In this document: one piece after another, positions 54,742 through 64,000 of the stretch
How positions within the stretch are numbered: the stretch's first letter is position 1
How the letters are laid out: the number at the start of each line of letters is the position of its first letter
NCBI GenBank assembly: GCA_047602265.1
Contig: JASGHU010000001.1
Coordinates: 3,366,398 to 3,430,397, forward strand
Source of the DNA: Spongiibacteraceae bacterium
Lineage (GTDB): Bacteria; Pseudomonadota; Gammaproteobacteria; Pseudomonadales; CAMLJR01
Length of the DNA: 64,000 nucleotides
Direction of reading: 5' to 3'
Made by a program: the position numbers and the translations under genes
The notes under the pieces: model-generated
Database searches by the model: none
What the model was told of the DNA's origin: nothing
Seen by the model: the letters and a program-made list of their open reading frames with translations, nothing else

Positions 54742-55872
54742 TTAGCGGCGCGCTTTCATCAAATCGATAAAGTGGTCGAACAGCGATGCGGCATCGTGCG
54801 GACCCGGACTCGCTTCTGGATGGCCCTGAAAACTGAACGCAGGACGATCGGTGCGATGAATACCTTGCAACGAGCCATCGAACAGCGACTTGTGCGTTAC
54901 GCGCAATGTCGCCGGCAATGTTTTTTCATCCACTGCGAAGCCGTGGTTTTGGCTCGTAATCATGACTCGACCGCTGTCGACATCCTGTACCGGGTGGTTG
55001 GCGCCGTGATGGCCGAACTTCATCTTCAAGGTTTTTGCATCGCTCGCAAGACCGAGCAGCTGATGCCCCAGACAGATTCCGAAAACAGGAATATCGGTTT
55101 TCAAAAACTCTTTGATCGCAGCGATCGCGTAATCGCACGGCTCGGGGTCACCGGGACCGTTCGACAGAAAAACTCCGTCGGGTTTCAGCGCCATGACATC
55201 CGCAGCCGGCGTTTGCGCAGGCACTACAGTGAGACGGCAACCGCGATCGACGAGCATGCGCAGAATATTGCGCTTCACACCGTAGTCGTAAGCAACGACG
55301 TGGAAAGGCAATTCGGCCTCAGAGAATTCTTTGAAGCCTTCGCCAAGTGTCCAGCTGCCCTGGCGCCATGGATAGGATTTCTGCGTCGAAACGACTTTTG
55401 CGAGATCCATGCCTTTAAGGCCGGGGAATTTGCGTGCAGCAGCGAGCGCTTCGGCATCATCGACACGACCGGCCATAATGCAGCCGTTCTGCGCGCCTTT
55501 ATCGCGCAAAATCCGGGTCAAACGGCGAGTGTCGATGCCAGCGATGCCGACGACATTGCGCGCACGCAGATAATCGTCGAGCGATTGTGTATTGCGGAAA
55601 TTGCTGGCGAGCATCGGCAAATCGCGAATGATCAGACCGGTTGCCCAGATCTTACCGGCTTCCTCGTCTTCGCTATTGGTGCCGGTGTTGCCGATATGCG
55701 GATAGGTCAGCGTGACCATCTGCTGGGCATACGACGGATCGGTGAGAATTTCCTGATAGCCCGTCATCGCGGTATTGAATACGACTTCCCCTGTGGCCAA
55801 TCCCTCGGCGCCAATGGCGATACCGCGGAACAGGCTACCGTCTTCGAGGGCGAGCAGAGCTGAGACGGTCAA
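54742..55872 (-). CDS. carA: Carbamoyl-phosphate synthase small subunit
   Basis: GEVVFNT, SNGPGDP, GICLGHQ and FQGHPE motifs; TTG start with AGGAGG RBS. Confidence 0.98.
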   Translation of the reverse strand: MTVSALLALEDGSLFRGIAIGAEGLATGEVVFNTAMTGYQEILTDPSYAQQMVTLTYPHIGNTGTNSEDEEAGKIWATGLIIRDLPMLASNFRNTQSLDDYLRARNVVGIAGIDTRRLTRILRDKGAQNGCIMAGRVDDAEALAAARKFPGLKGMDLAKVVSTQKSYPWRQGSWTLGEGFKEFSEAELPFHVVAYDYGVKRNILRMLVDRGCRLTVVPAQTPAADVMALKPDGVFLSNGPGDPEPCDYAIAAIKEFLKTDIPVFGICLGHQLLGLASDAKTLKMKFGHHGANHPVQDVDSGRVMITSQNHGFAVDEKTLPATLRVTHKSLFDGSLQGIHRTDRPAFSFQGHPEASPGPHDAASLFDHFIDLMKARR

Positions 55873-56006
55873 TCGAACCTCCTGACAGGGTTGTGGCGGT
55901 GCTTACCAATGAAGCACTGGCTTGAAACGCTTGCTTGAGACAGATGAGGCGGAAGTTGGTGCGCCGAATCAGGTTTTAAAACAGCCAAAGACGCTGAGGC
56001 GCTTGT

Positions 56007-56044
56007 AAAAAAGCGAGATGAAGGGGTGCCTCATCTCGCTTTTT
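56007..56044 (-). terminator. Intrinsic terminator within the carA leader (attenuator-like)
   Basis: Minus strand AAAAAGCGAGATGA-GGCACCCCT-TCATCTCGCTTTTTT, between the putative promoter and carA. Confidence 0.75.
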
Positions 56045-56100
56045 ATACTGAATTTTTCCGCCGTGCTTTGCGGATATCTAGCCGCAAATCGCGGGGGGGA

Positions 56101-56130
56101 ATTGTACGCGAACGCGTAACGCAGTGTCCA
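56101..56130 (-). promoter_or_regulatory. Putative sigma70 promoter of carA-carB-greA
   Basis: TGGACA-18 nt-TACAAT followed by TCCCCCCC at the expected start site. Confidence 0.6.
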
Positions 56131-56282
56131 CCCGCCAAACTCACTCAAAATTGATCAAAAGGCAGTGATGCAATTCCTCACCTATAGTGTCTGAGGTCCT
56201 CATCTGAAGGGTGTGGACGGTTCGGCAAGTCCTTGATAGACCTGGGCTAGAACCCACTTAGATAAATGAGATAGATAAACGG

Positions 56283-56311
56283 TTGCGCCTGCCTCACGTG
56301 GGAATTACTAT
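56283..56311 (+). promoter_or_regulatory. Putative sigma70 promoter of corA
   Basis: TTGCGC-17 nt-TACTAT. Confidence 0.5.
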
Positions 56312-56370
56312 CCGCGCCGTTTTCAAACACGCTTCCGCGACAGCTCCTATTCACACGCAGGACGTCTTTC

Positions 56371-57324
56371 ATGCTGCATGTCTTCAACATCACCAATGCG
56401 ACTTTAAAAGAGCAACGCAGCGGCGCGGGCGAAACTCCTATACCGATCACGGAAGCGGCGTGGATCGATGTCACCGATCCGAGCCCTGCCGAGCGGGTGA
56501 TGATCGAAAGCGTGCATAAAGCACCGCTGCCCGATCCCGATGAGATGGAAGAGATCGAGGCCTCGGCGCGCTTCTTTATCGACAGCGCCGGCATTCACGT
56601 GCACTCGCTGTTTCTGTATCAGAGCGAAGGTCGCCACAAAACCGATTCAGTGGCGTTCATTCTCAACGACAAACAACTGCTGACGTTCCGCGATACCGAG
56701 CTGCCCGATTTTCGTTTGCTGCGCATGCGCGCGCATCGCGGTTGGGTCGAAGCGAAAAACTCGCTCGACATCATGCTCGCGCTGCTCGAACAAAAAGTCG
56801 AAAATCTCGCCGACACGCTCGAAAATATTCACCAGCGCTTGGAAGATGTCAGCCATCTCGTGCTCGAAGATGAAGACGGCGAACTCGAAGAAGCGATCGA
56901 CCGCCTCGCTAAACTCGAAGACAGCAACGGAAAAATTCGTTTGTGCTTGATGGATACGCAGCGCTCGATTTCATTTTTGCAGCGCCATATTCGCAATTAT
57001 CCCGATCAACAGGAAACCTGCCGCGAAATTTTTCGAGACATCGAAACATTGATGTCGCACACCGCATTCCTGTTCGAAAAAATCAACTTCTTGATGGATG
57101 CTGCGCAGGGCTTCATCAATATTGAACAAAACCAGATTATTAAAATCTTCTCGATCGCTGCCGTGGTTTTTCTGCCGCCGACACTCGTCGCCAGCATGTA
57201 CGGCATGAATTTTCAAATCATGCCCGAATTGAATTGGGAATTCGGTTATCCGATGGCGGTGATTTTGATGGTACTGTCGGGCATCGCGCCGTATTGGTAC
57301 TTCAAACGCAAAGGCTGGTTGTAA
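56371..57324 (+). CDS. corA: Magnesium/cobalt transporter CorA
   Basis: EEIEASARF, KIFSIAAVVFLPPTL, YGMNF and MPEL motifs. Confidence 0.96.
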   Translation: MLHVFNITNATLKEQRSGAGETPIPITEAAWIDVTDPSPAERVMIESVHKAPLPDPDEMEEIEASARFFIDSAGIHVHSLFLYQSEGRHKTDSVAFILNDKQLLTFRDTELPDFRLLRMRAHRGWVEAKNSLDIMLALLEQKVENLADTLENIHQRLEDVSHLVLEDEDGELEEAIDRLAKLEDSNGKIRLCLMDTQRSISFLQRHIRNYPDQQETCREIFRDIETLMSHTAFLFEKINFLMDAAQGFINIEQNQIIKIFSIAAVVFLPPTLVASMYGMNFQIMPELNWEFGYPMAVILMVLSGIAPYWYFKRKGWL

Positions 57325-57375
57325 AAAGACTGGCTGTAATACGCTGAAAAAAAGCTCCCACCTGCTTCGAAAATC

Positions 57376-60300
57376 TCACGTCATATCGTAATTCGAAGTC
57401 GTCGCTCGACCATCGAGCGACGACCATTTGGTTTGCGTGATCAACACCGTGACCAGCTCCTCCAAATCGAAAGGCTTGCCGATGTGATCATTCATTCCCG
57501 CAGCGAATGAGCGATCGCGATCGGCTTGAGATACGTTAGCGGTCATGGCGACAATCGGAAGCTCGCGAAAACGTGCGTCGGCACGAATGCGGCGTGTCGC
57601 CTCCAGCCCATCGATGTCGGGCATCTGAATATCCATGATGACAACATCGAAACGCTGTGCGCCTGATAAAACTCTCGCTACTCCTTCCAACCCACATTCC
57701 GCCAACTGCACCTGCGCGCCCTCGCCCGTCAGCATGGCCGCCGCGATTTGCCGATTGAGAATGTTGTCCTCGACGACAAGCACACTCACCCCTTTCAAAC
57801 GCGACGAACGATAAGCTGGTGGGGATATTTTTTTATCGATTGGAGCGATACCAAGAGCACGTCGCGCACTCGCGATAAGCTGCATCGGTGTAACGGGCTT
57901 AACCAAAAACTCCAGGCTTAATGTTTCGGCGGTATCGGATTTATCGGAAAGGAGTTCGCGCGTATGCGCTTTCGTCATGATGAATATCGATGGCGCGAGC
58001 GGGCCAGCCAACGCATCGCGAATCCATTGCGCGGCGCCCAATCCATCGATGTCGGGCAATTGCCAATCCATGAAAATCATCCGATATGGATCGCCTTGCG
58101 CCGCTGCGGTTTTCACAGCTTGAACGGCATCGCTTCCGGAACCGGCGCTCTCGGCATTCCAACCTAAGGCCTGCATGGTTTTTGTCAGCACCTGGCAAGT
58201 CACCGGATTATCGTCGACGACAAGAACACGCAGCACCGCATTTAAATCCGCCCCTGTCGATTTTATGGGTACGGCCTGCGGTGAAACCTGTAATGGAATA
58301 TCGAACCAAAAGCGGCTGCCCCGCCCCGGCTCACTCTCAAGCTGCAAACTCCCACCCATGAGTGCGACCAAGCGCTGCGAAATAGCCAACCCCAAACCGG
58401 TGCCGCCGTAACGGCGCGTCGTCGATGCTTCGGCCTGAGTGAAGCCCTCAAAAATACGTATTTGGTGTTGGGGATCGATACCAATACCGGTGTCGGTAAC
58501 CGCGACTCGCACGACGATATGGCTCGCCGCGCGATTCAATTCGCGCAACGCCACTTCAACGCGCCCCTGCTCGGTGAATTTCAATGCGTTTACCGCGAGA
58601 TTGATCAGCACCTGCTTCAATCGCAAGCTGTCACCGATCAGAATGGCCGGCAGATTCGGCTCGATATCGAAAATCACCTCAACATCGTCCCTGGGCCGAC
58701 TGCCCGAGAGGACCACAGCCAAATCGCCCATGACCGCCTCTAACTCGAATGGATGCGGATCGAGATCGAGCTTGCCGGCTTCAATTTTCGAATAATCGAG
58801 AATGTCGTTGAGTAAATTGAGCAGCGATTTCGCGGCGGATTTCGCTTTGTCGATGTAATCGCGCTGACGCATATCCAACGGTGTTTTTTGGATGAGTTGC
58901 AACATGCCGAGCACAGCATTCATCGGCGTGCGAATTTCGTGGCTCATATTCGCAAGGAAGGATGATTTCGCCGCATTCGCGGCATCGGCTTGCGTTTTCG
59001 CGCTGCGCAAATTCGCCTCAAGTTCCAGCTGCGCGGTGATATCGCGATTGATGCCCGTTACACGTATTGGCTTGCCTTCTGCATCGCGCTCGATTTGCGC
59101 GCCCGCCAACACCGAAATCACACTGCCATTCGGTCTGACCACACGAAAAACCGGATCGTACCGGCCGCGCTCTTCCGCCATGGCTTTGAGCTTGGCCTCC
59201 ACCCAACCAACATCATCGGGATGCACGCGCGAGCGCCAATGCTCATAGGTCACGCCGCTTTCACGAAGCGCATTCGAATAACCGTAAATCTCGAACATGC
59301 GATCGTTCCAAATCAACGAATCGTCCGTCAGGCTCCAGCTCCACACGCCCAGCTCGGCAACGTCGGCCGCCAACAGCAATCGATCGCGTGCCGTCGTTAT
59401 TTCATGACTCTGCTGATTTAACAGTTGATTCGCGCGCGCCAACTCCTCCGTGCGTTCCACCACTTGATGTTCGAGACTCGCGTTAAGTGCCAGAACGCGC
59501 TCTTCCGCTTCTTTATTTTGACGCCGATTAATCGCCAATATGCCGCTCAAGAGACTGAGCAAAACGCTGATGAAGCAGCCAACAGCGAACACAGTTTTAT
59601 AGGAAACGAGATTCAAAGCGGCGACATACGCAGGATGAACGCTAAACGCGACACCCCAACGTCGGCCGAAAATATTGCGCTCGCTGTAATGCGTCCACAC
59701 CAACGGCAAGCCATCGTTTTCAGATTTATAGAACTGCCGCTTAGCGTCAGCGTTAGTGACGTCGAATAACGTCAAATGATTGCGCTCGTTGTCAAGATTC
59801 AAACCGGCCAGCATCTCATCGATGATGAGCGGCGCATAACTCCATCCGAATAACGATTCTTCGCGCTCACTCACGCTAGGAGGCATGACAGCACTGCGAT
59901 ATATAGGCAGTAAAAATAAAAATGATTGCTGGCCGTACTCCTGCGCCTGCACCAACGTTATCGGCGCGCTCAGTATCGGCCTGCCCGTTTGCATCGCCGT
60001 GATTGCCGCCAACCGTCGAGATTGATCCGAGGCAATATCGAGTCCAACCGCTGCTTTATTTCGTGCCATCGGCTCGATGTATTGAATGACAAAACGATCA
60101 CCGCTGTTCTTATCGAGCTGACGAATCGTGAAATCGGGGGCGTCATCGGCGCGGGCGTCTTGCAAAAATTGCGGCTCGTCTTGTGGAGCAACGAGGCGAA
60201 TGAAACCAAACCCGCGCGCCCCCGGAAACTCAAGATCGATATCACGGCTCTGGCTGTAATTGCGAAAAGATTTGCGAGTTAAACCTGGCCCAATTGCGGT

Positions 60301-60519
60301 GAGAATTGCGCCACGAGCGCCGCGCAAACCGTATTGATAAAGCTCGACGCGCCGCTCGATCGCATCCGCGACTTTAGCAGCCTCGTCGGCAACACTGCGC
60401 TGAAGATATTGTTGATTATTGCGGTAATGAAGATACGCGATTAACACACTCACACAAACGCCGACTAACAGCGTCAGTGTCATGACACGAGAACTCGATT
60501 TCAGCCACCATCGCTCCAT
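57376..60519 (-). CDS. CHASE-PAS hybrid sensor histidine kinase with two receiver domains
   Basis: TM-CHASE (YIEP..N..AVGLD)-TM, PAS, MSHEIRTPMN, GGTGLGL, and two REC domains (FMDWQLP, IMDIQMP). Confidence 0.93.
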   Translation of the reverse strand: MERWWLKSSSRVMTLTLLVGVCVSVLIAYLHYRNNQQYLQRSVADEAAKVADAIERRVELYQYGLRGARGAILTAIGPGLTRKSFRNYSQSRDIDLEFPGARGFGFIRLVAPQDEPQFLQDARADDAPDFTIRQLDKNSGDRFVIQYIEPMARNKAAVGLDIASDQSRRLAAITAMQTGRPILSAPITLVQAQEYGQQSFLFLLPIYRSAVMPPSVSEREESLFGWSYAPLIIDEMLAGLNLDNERNHLTLFDVTNADAKRQFYKSENDGLPLVWTHYSERNIFGRRWGVAFSVHPAYVAALNLVSYKTVFAVGCFISVLLSLLSGILAINRRQNKEAEERVLALNASLEHQVVERTEELARANQLLNQQSHEITTARDRLLLAADVAELGVWSWSLTDDSLIWNDRMFEIYGYSNALRESGVTYEHWRSRVHPDDVGWVEAKLKAMAEERGRYDPVFRVVRPNGSVISVLAGAQIERDAEGKPIRVTGINRDITAQLELEANLRSAKTQADAANAAKSSFLANMSHEIRTPMNAVLGMLQLIQKTPLDMRQRDYIDKAKSAAKSLLNLLNDILDYSKIEAGKLDLDPHPFELEAVMGDLAVVLSGSRPRDDVEVIFDIEPNLPAILIGDSLRLKQVLINLAVNALKFTEQGRVEVALRELNRAASHIVVRVAVTDTGIGIDPQHQIRIFEGFTQAEASTTRRYGGTGLGLAISQRLVALMGGSLQLESEPGRGSRFWFDIPLQVSPQAVPIKSTGADLNAVLRVLVVDDNPVTCQVLTKTMQALGWNAESAGSGSDAVQAVKTAAAQGDPYRMIFMDWQLPDIDGLGAAQWIRDALAGPLAPSIFIMTKAHTRELLSDKSDTAETLSLEFLVKPVTPMQLIASARRALGIAPIDKKISPPAYRSSRLKGVSVLVVEDNILNRQIAAAMLTGEGAQVQLAECGLEGVARVLSGAQRFDVVIMDIQMPDIDGLEATRRIRADARFRELPIVAMTANVSQADRDRSFAAGMNDHIGKPFDLEELVTVLITQTKWSSLDGRATTSNYDMT

Positions 60520-60631
60520 AATGAGGCCTCTGGCAAAGCGGAATTAATGAGCGGGCATCATCATAAAGCCGAGACAGTGTAAACGCCATTACCTAAAAGC
60601 AACGAAACGCGGCGGTCGAGTAGATAAGCAA

Positions 60632-61918
60632 TTATTGCGCACCACCTTCATCGGGCTTCAGCGCAAAGAAATAAGAAATTCGCTCGCGCGGATTCAAATA
60701 CTCGAATTGTTCCGGCGACAACTGCGCCGGTCGCAAACTTTTGCGAATCGACAGATCGCCCTGCGAGGTCATATCCACAATCACAGCTTCCGCTTTGGGA
60801 ATTTCCGGCGAATAGACCAGCACGCCGGGCTTCAACAATTCCTTGCGATTCAGATAAATCACGATCCCAATCGATTCATCCGACAATTGCACGACCGTCC
60901 CGGGCGGATAAATGCCGAGCATTTTTACCAACGCCTGCAAAATCTGCTTATCGAATTTCGCCGCCTGTTTTGAAAACATCAGACTCAACGCTTCGTGCGG
61001 CGTCAAACTCTGCTTGGGATCGTTGTGGTTACACAATTCGTCGTAGTAATTCACGATCGCCAGAATTTTGGACAGCGGATGCATTTTCGCCGGATCGATA
61101 TCGGTCGGATAGCCACTGCGATCGAGAAAGACATGGTGCTGGTCGATGATCGCCAACAAGGTCGGCTTCACGGTTAATTTCAATTTCGCATGTTGCGAAA
61201 TCATTTCCGTGGCAAACCGTACGTGACGCGAATACAGATCGGCTTCGGGCTTGGTGAGTGGAACAGTTTTGCGCAATAGCTGCGGCGGCAATTTGGTGTG
61301 GCCAATATCGTGCAGCAACGCAGCCAGCCCCAACGTCATCAACTGTTCTTTATCGGTGATACCGACCTCGCGCGCAACAAGCAATGCCAGCACCGAACTG
61401 TTGAGCACGTGGTAATACATCGAATCGTCGAGATTATTGGCGTTCATGAGCTGAACGAGTACTTCTTTATCGGCGCTGATCGTGGCCACAATGGCGCCGA
61501 CAACCTTGGTCGCTTCGTTCATGGCCTGAACCGGCGAGCTGTTCATCTTGCTCATGAGATCTTTGACCTCGCCGACCACCTCGTTGTATTGCTTCTCGAC
61601 CTTTTGAATTTCCGCGCGGCGTTCGCTGAGGCGGCGCGCCTGCTCTTTCTTTTCGTCCCACTGCTGCTGTAACACCTGCTGTGTTCCTGCGGCATCGGGA
61701 TCGACCTGCGCTGCGGTTTCGGCCGGCAACGGCTCGACGCGCGACTTGTCCGGGTAATACCACACCTCTTTCAAGCCGAGCGAGCGGATCAGCATGATCT
61801 GCTGCTCATCCTTAATGCGAAACTTGCTCAGTACGAAGGGATGTTCGTTCCAGCGCAGGGGTAATTCAATGTAAAGCCCAGGCTGAAGCTGCTGTACCTG
61901 GAGTGACTCTCGACTCAT
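60632..61918 (-). CDS. HD-GYP domain protein with DUF3391-like N-terminus (degenerate motifs)
   Basis: LQPGLYI..W..HPF N-domain; LHDIG, HHVFLDRSGYP and KILAIVNYYD; C-terminal GIYPPG. Confidence 0.9.
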   Translation of the reverse strand: MSRESLQVQQLQPGLYIELPLRWNEHPFVLSKFRIKDEQQIMLIRSLGLKEVWYYPDKSRVEPLPAETAAQVDPDAAGTQQVLQQQWDEKKEQARRLSERRAEIQKVEKQYNEVVGEVKDLMSKMNSSPVQAMNEATKVVGAIVATISADKEVLVQLMNANNLDDSMYYHVLNSSVLALLVAREVGITDKEQLMTLGLAALLHDIGHTKLPPQLLRKTVPLTKPEADLYSRHVRFATEMISQHAKLKLTVKPTLLAIIDQHHVFLDRSGYPTDIDPAKMHPLSKILAIVNYYDELCNHNDPKQSLTPHEALSLMFSKQAAKFDKQILQALVKMLGIYPPGTVVQLSDESIGIVIYLNRKELLKPGVLVYSPEIPKAEAVIVDMTSQGDLSIRKSLRPAQLSPEQFEYLNPRERISYFFALKPDEGGAQ

Positions 61919-61987
61919 GGAGACTCTCGATTTATGGGAACCGTCAATTCATGGGTCTGTCGATTCATGGAGCTGTCGATTCACAGG
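61905..61987. repeat. 5 x 16-17 nt degenerate tandem repeat overlapping the HD-GYP start codon
   Basis: GACTCTCGACTCATGGA / GACTCTCGATTTATGGG / AACCGTCAATTCATGGG / TCTGTCGATTCATGGA / GCTGTCGATTCACAGG. Confidence 0.8.
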
Positions 61988-62194
61988 GACCCGATCTATT
62001 TCAGACCTTAAACAGACACTTAATGTGCCGAATTAGTGTGGTCGAGAAAGTCTCAATTGTCATGGTGTTGCCGCCATTTCGAGCCATCGCTATTCAGACA
62101 GGAACGGTCGGAGCTCGACAAAAGAGTTTTCAGACAGGCGAGCATGAATAGCTCTGTCTACACTCTATTGGGCAGATAAGTCGGGGGGACCGGA

Positions 62195-62491
62195 ATGAAT
62201 ACTGTCGTCGCTAGTCAGCAGGGATCAAACCTCACCATCAAAGTCAGCGGGCGCTTTACGTTTTCGCTCTACAAGGAGTTCGCCGCCAGCTACAAAAATG
62301 TCGACCCCATGCCGGATAAAGTGGATGTCGATTTGAAAGCCGTTGAGTATGTCGATAGCGCGGCGCTCGGCATGCTGTTGTCGATGCGTAATTTTTTCGG
62401 CCCGGAAAAGAAAATCGCGCTGATCAATGCTAACGAAACCGTTAGAAAGATTCTCGAGATCGCGCGCTTCGATAAAAAATTCTCGATGTGA
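62195..62491 (+). CDS. STAS-domain anti-sigma-factor antagonist (HsbA-like)
   Basis: TIKVSGRFTF, VDLKAVEYVDSAALGMLL and ILEIARF motifs. Confidence 0.9.
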   Translation: MNTVVASQQGSNLTIKVSGRFTFSLYKEFAASYKNVDPMPDKVDVDLKAVEYVDSAALGMLLSMRNFFGPEKKIALINANETVRKILEIARFDKKFSM

Positions 62492-62526
62492 CAGTCCGTT
62501 TTGTGATTACCGGGGAATAGGCCGCG

Positions 62527-64000
62527 GTGAATATTCTGGTTGTCGATCCAGAAGCCGAGGTTCGCCTGCTCTTCTTCATTGCCTCGGGCGAACTCAATTG
62601 CGAGACCTTTTTCGCCTCAAACGGCGAAGAGGCAATCGACATCTGGTTCGATCACGACGACATCGGCATGGTACTGGTCTCAACCCAACTACCCGATATC
62701 AATCCCGCCGAGCTGGCCGATCGGTTTCGTAAATCCGATCGCAATAATGCAGCCATCGTTTTTCTCAGTCATACCGAAAACACCGAACTGTTAGTCGAAT
62801 TGTTACAGCACGGCGACGATGTGGTGATCAAGCCCTTCAGTCAGGCGGTGTTGCTGGCAAAACTGCTGGCCATGCAGCGCACACGCAACCTCTATCAGCA
62901 AATCCACGATCACAATCTTGAGCTGGAACACTTCCGCAGCCAAACCGAAGCGGAAGTGCAAGTTGCGACCGATGTTTTTTCCTATATCAACGCGCAGAAT
63001 TTACCGACGGTCCCGGGCGTCACTACATTTCTCTCTGCCTATTCATCGTTCAGCGGCGATCTATTACTGATGGCGCCGCGCCCCGGCGAAGGCTTCAACG
63101 TACTTATCGCCGATATCACCGGTCACGGTCTACCCGCTGCACTCGGCACCATTCCCATTGCAGAAACATTTTTTGCGATGACGAGCAATGGCTTCGGCGT
63201 CGGCGACATGGCGCGCGAAATGAACAAAGTGTTTCGCAAACGCATGCCCGATTATTTGCTCTGCGCTGCCGTCATCATGTCGGTTCAGGATTTCGGCAAA
63301 CGCTTGCACATCTGGTCGGGAGGAATTCCCTCGCAATTAATTTTTGACGAATACGGCCGTGTCGAGTCAGTGCTGAAATCGCAACACATGGCGCTGGGAG
63401 CACTAGCCGACGCCGAATTCGACGATAATTTGGTGCACATCGACTTGCGCGTCGGCCAGCAAATTCTTTGCTTCACCGATGGTGTCATTGAAACCGCCGA
63501 CGAACGTGGCGAAATGTTTGGCGAAGAAAATTTACTCCGCGCGCTGGAAAATAAATCCGAGCCCGGAATCATCGAGCGCATCATTGGCAGCCTTTATCCG
63601 TTCATTGGTACCGGAAAGCTCAGCGATGATGTGACGATTTTTTGCTTCAACAACGCCGAATACTGCGGCATCCCCGAGCTATTCAACGATAACGAACCCG
63701 CCATCGAACTCGACGGCTTTCAATGGAGCACCGAATTTGTTCTGCATCCACCGCAGCTTCGCAGCGACAGCCCACTCGAACTGATTCTCAGCGCGCTGCC
63801 GCAGCACCCCATCGTCCGCGCCGCGCGCGCCGACATTTCATTCATCATCAACGAATTATTCGTCAATGCATTGGATCATGGCATTCTTCGACTCGAATCC
63901 TCGCTGAAGGAACAGGAAGACGGTTTGTTCGAATATTTCTCTCAGCGCGAAGAGCGCCTCGGCAATCTCAATGACGGTTCTATTCAACTGAAAATTGGCT
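62527..64000 (+). CDS. Degenerate REC - PP2C/SpoIIE phosphatase - HATPase fusion (HsbR-like); runs off the window edge
   Basis: Manual translation from GTG 62527 gives NILVVDP...MVLVSTQLPD...KPF, then FSGD, IADITGHGLPAA, FTDGVIE, DDVT, then NELFVNALDHG. Confidence 0.9.
   Translation, partial: MNILVVDPEAEVRLLFFIASGELNCETFFASNGEEAIDIWFDHDDIGMVLVSTQLPDINPAELADRFRKSDRNNAAIVFLSHTENTELLVELLQHGDDVVIKPFSQAVLLAKLLAMQRTRNLYQQIHDHNLELEHFRSQTEAEVQVATDVFSYINAQNLPTVPGVTTFLSAYSSFSGDLLLMAPRPGEGFNVLIADITGHGLPAALGTIPIAETFFAMTSNGFGVGDMAREMNKVFRKRMPDYLLCAAVIMSVQDFGKRLHIWSGGIPSQLIFDEYGRVESVLKSQHMALGALADAEFDDNLVHIDLRVGQQILCFTDGVIETADERGEMFGEENLLRALENKSEPGIIERIIGSLYPFIGTGKLSDDVTIFCFNNAEYCGIPELFNDNEPAIELDGFQWSTEFVLHPPQLRSDSPLELILSALPQHPIVRAARADISFIINELFVNALDHGILRLESSLKEQEDGLFEYFSQREERLGNLNDGSIQLKIG

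Noticed and set aside
51647-55863. Long antisense ORFs opposite carB/carA (350 aa and 363 aa) and opposite other genes
   Set aside because: These are an expected by-product of codon bias in GC-rich genes and show no recognisable motifs.
61905-61987. Repeat arrays here and at 30058-30129 as mini-CRISPRs
   Set aside because: Units are 14-17 nt, degenerate and nearly contiguous, with no unique spacers and no cas genes.

Overview
This is a core-genome window of a gammaproteobacterium; gene order and protein style suggest Pseudomonadales/Cellvibrionales-like (inference). In coordinate order, the left part holds a partial kefB/C-type gene, tRNA-Lys, queC, queE, the tol-pal cluster (cpoB, pal, tolB, tolA, tolR, tolQ, ybgC), ruvB, ruvA, ruvC, yebC, aspS, a FmdB-type gene, an HU-like gene, lhgO, a HIT gene and proS. 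The variable middle (about 18-39 kb) holds a lytic transglycosylase, a single-domain response regulator, a cNMP-binding protein, an exported chalcone-isomerase-fold/TonB-C fusion, a cereblon (CULT) homolog next to an RluA-family gene, an FAH-family lipoprotein, rimO, rsmE, an exported SurE + lipoprotein + membrane AraC module, msrA, an RND pair, a signal-less LivK-like protein and a PAS kinase/REC-Hpt pair. The right part holds dgkA, rpsT, an ElyC-like gene, proB, obgE, rpmA, rplU, tRNA-Leu, secG, tpiA, glmM, folP, ftsH (no rlmE), yhbY, greA, carB, carA (with an attenuator-like leader), corA, a CHASE hybrid kinase, a degenerate HD-GYP protein and an HsbA/HsbR-like partner-switch pair. I saw no CRISPR array, prophage, integrase or transposase. 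The non-coding signals are three different REP/REPIN-like elements and several 14-19 nt tandem duplications, mostly at gene boundaries. I cannot claim a definitively new system; the best candidates are the cereblon locus, the CHI-TonB fusion and the exported SurE module. All calls are from reading the sequence by eye; no searches were run.
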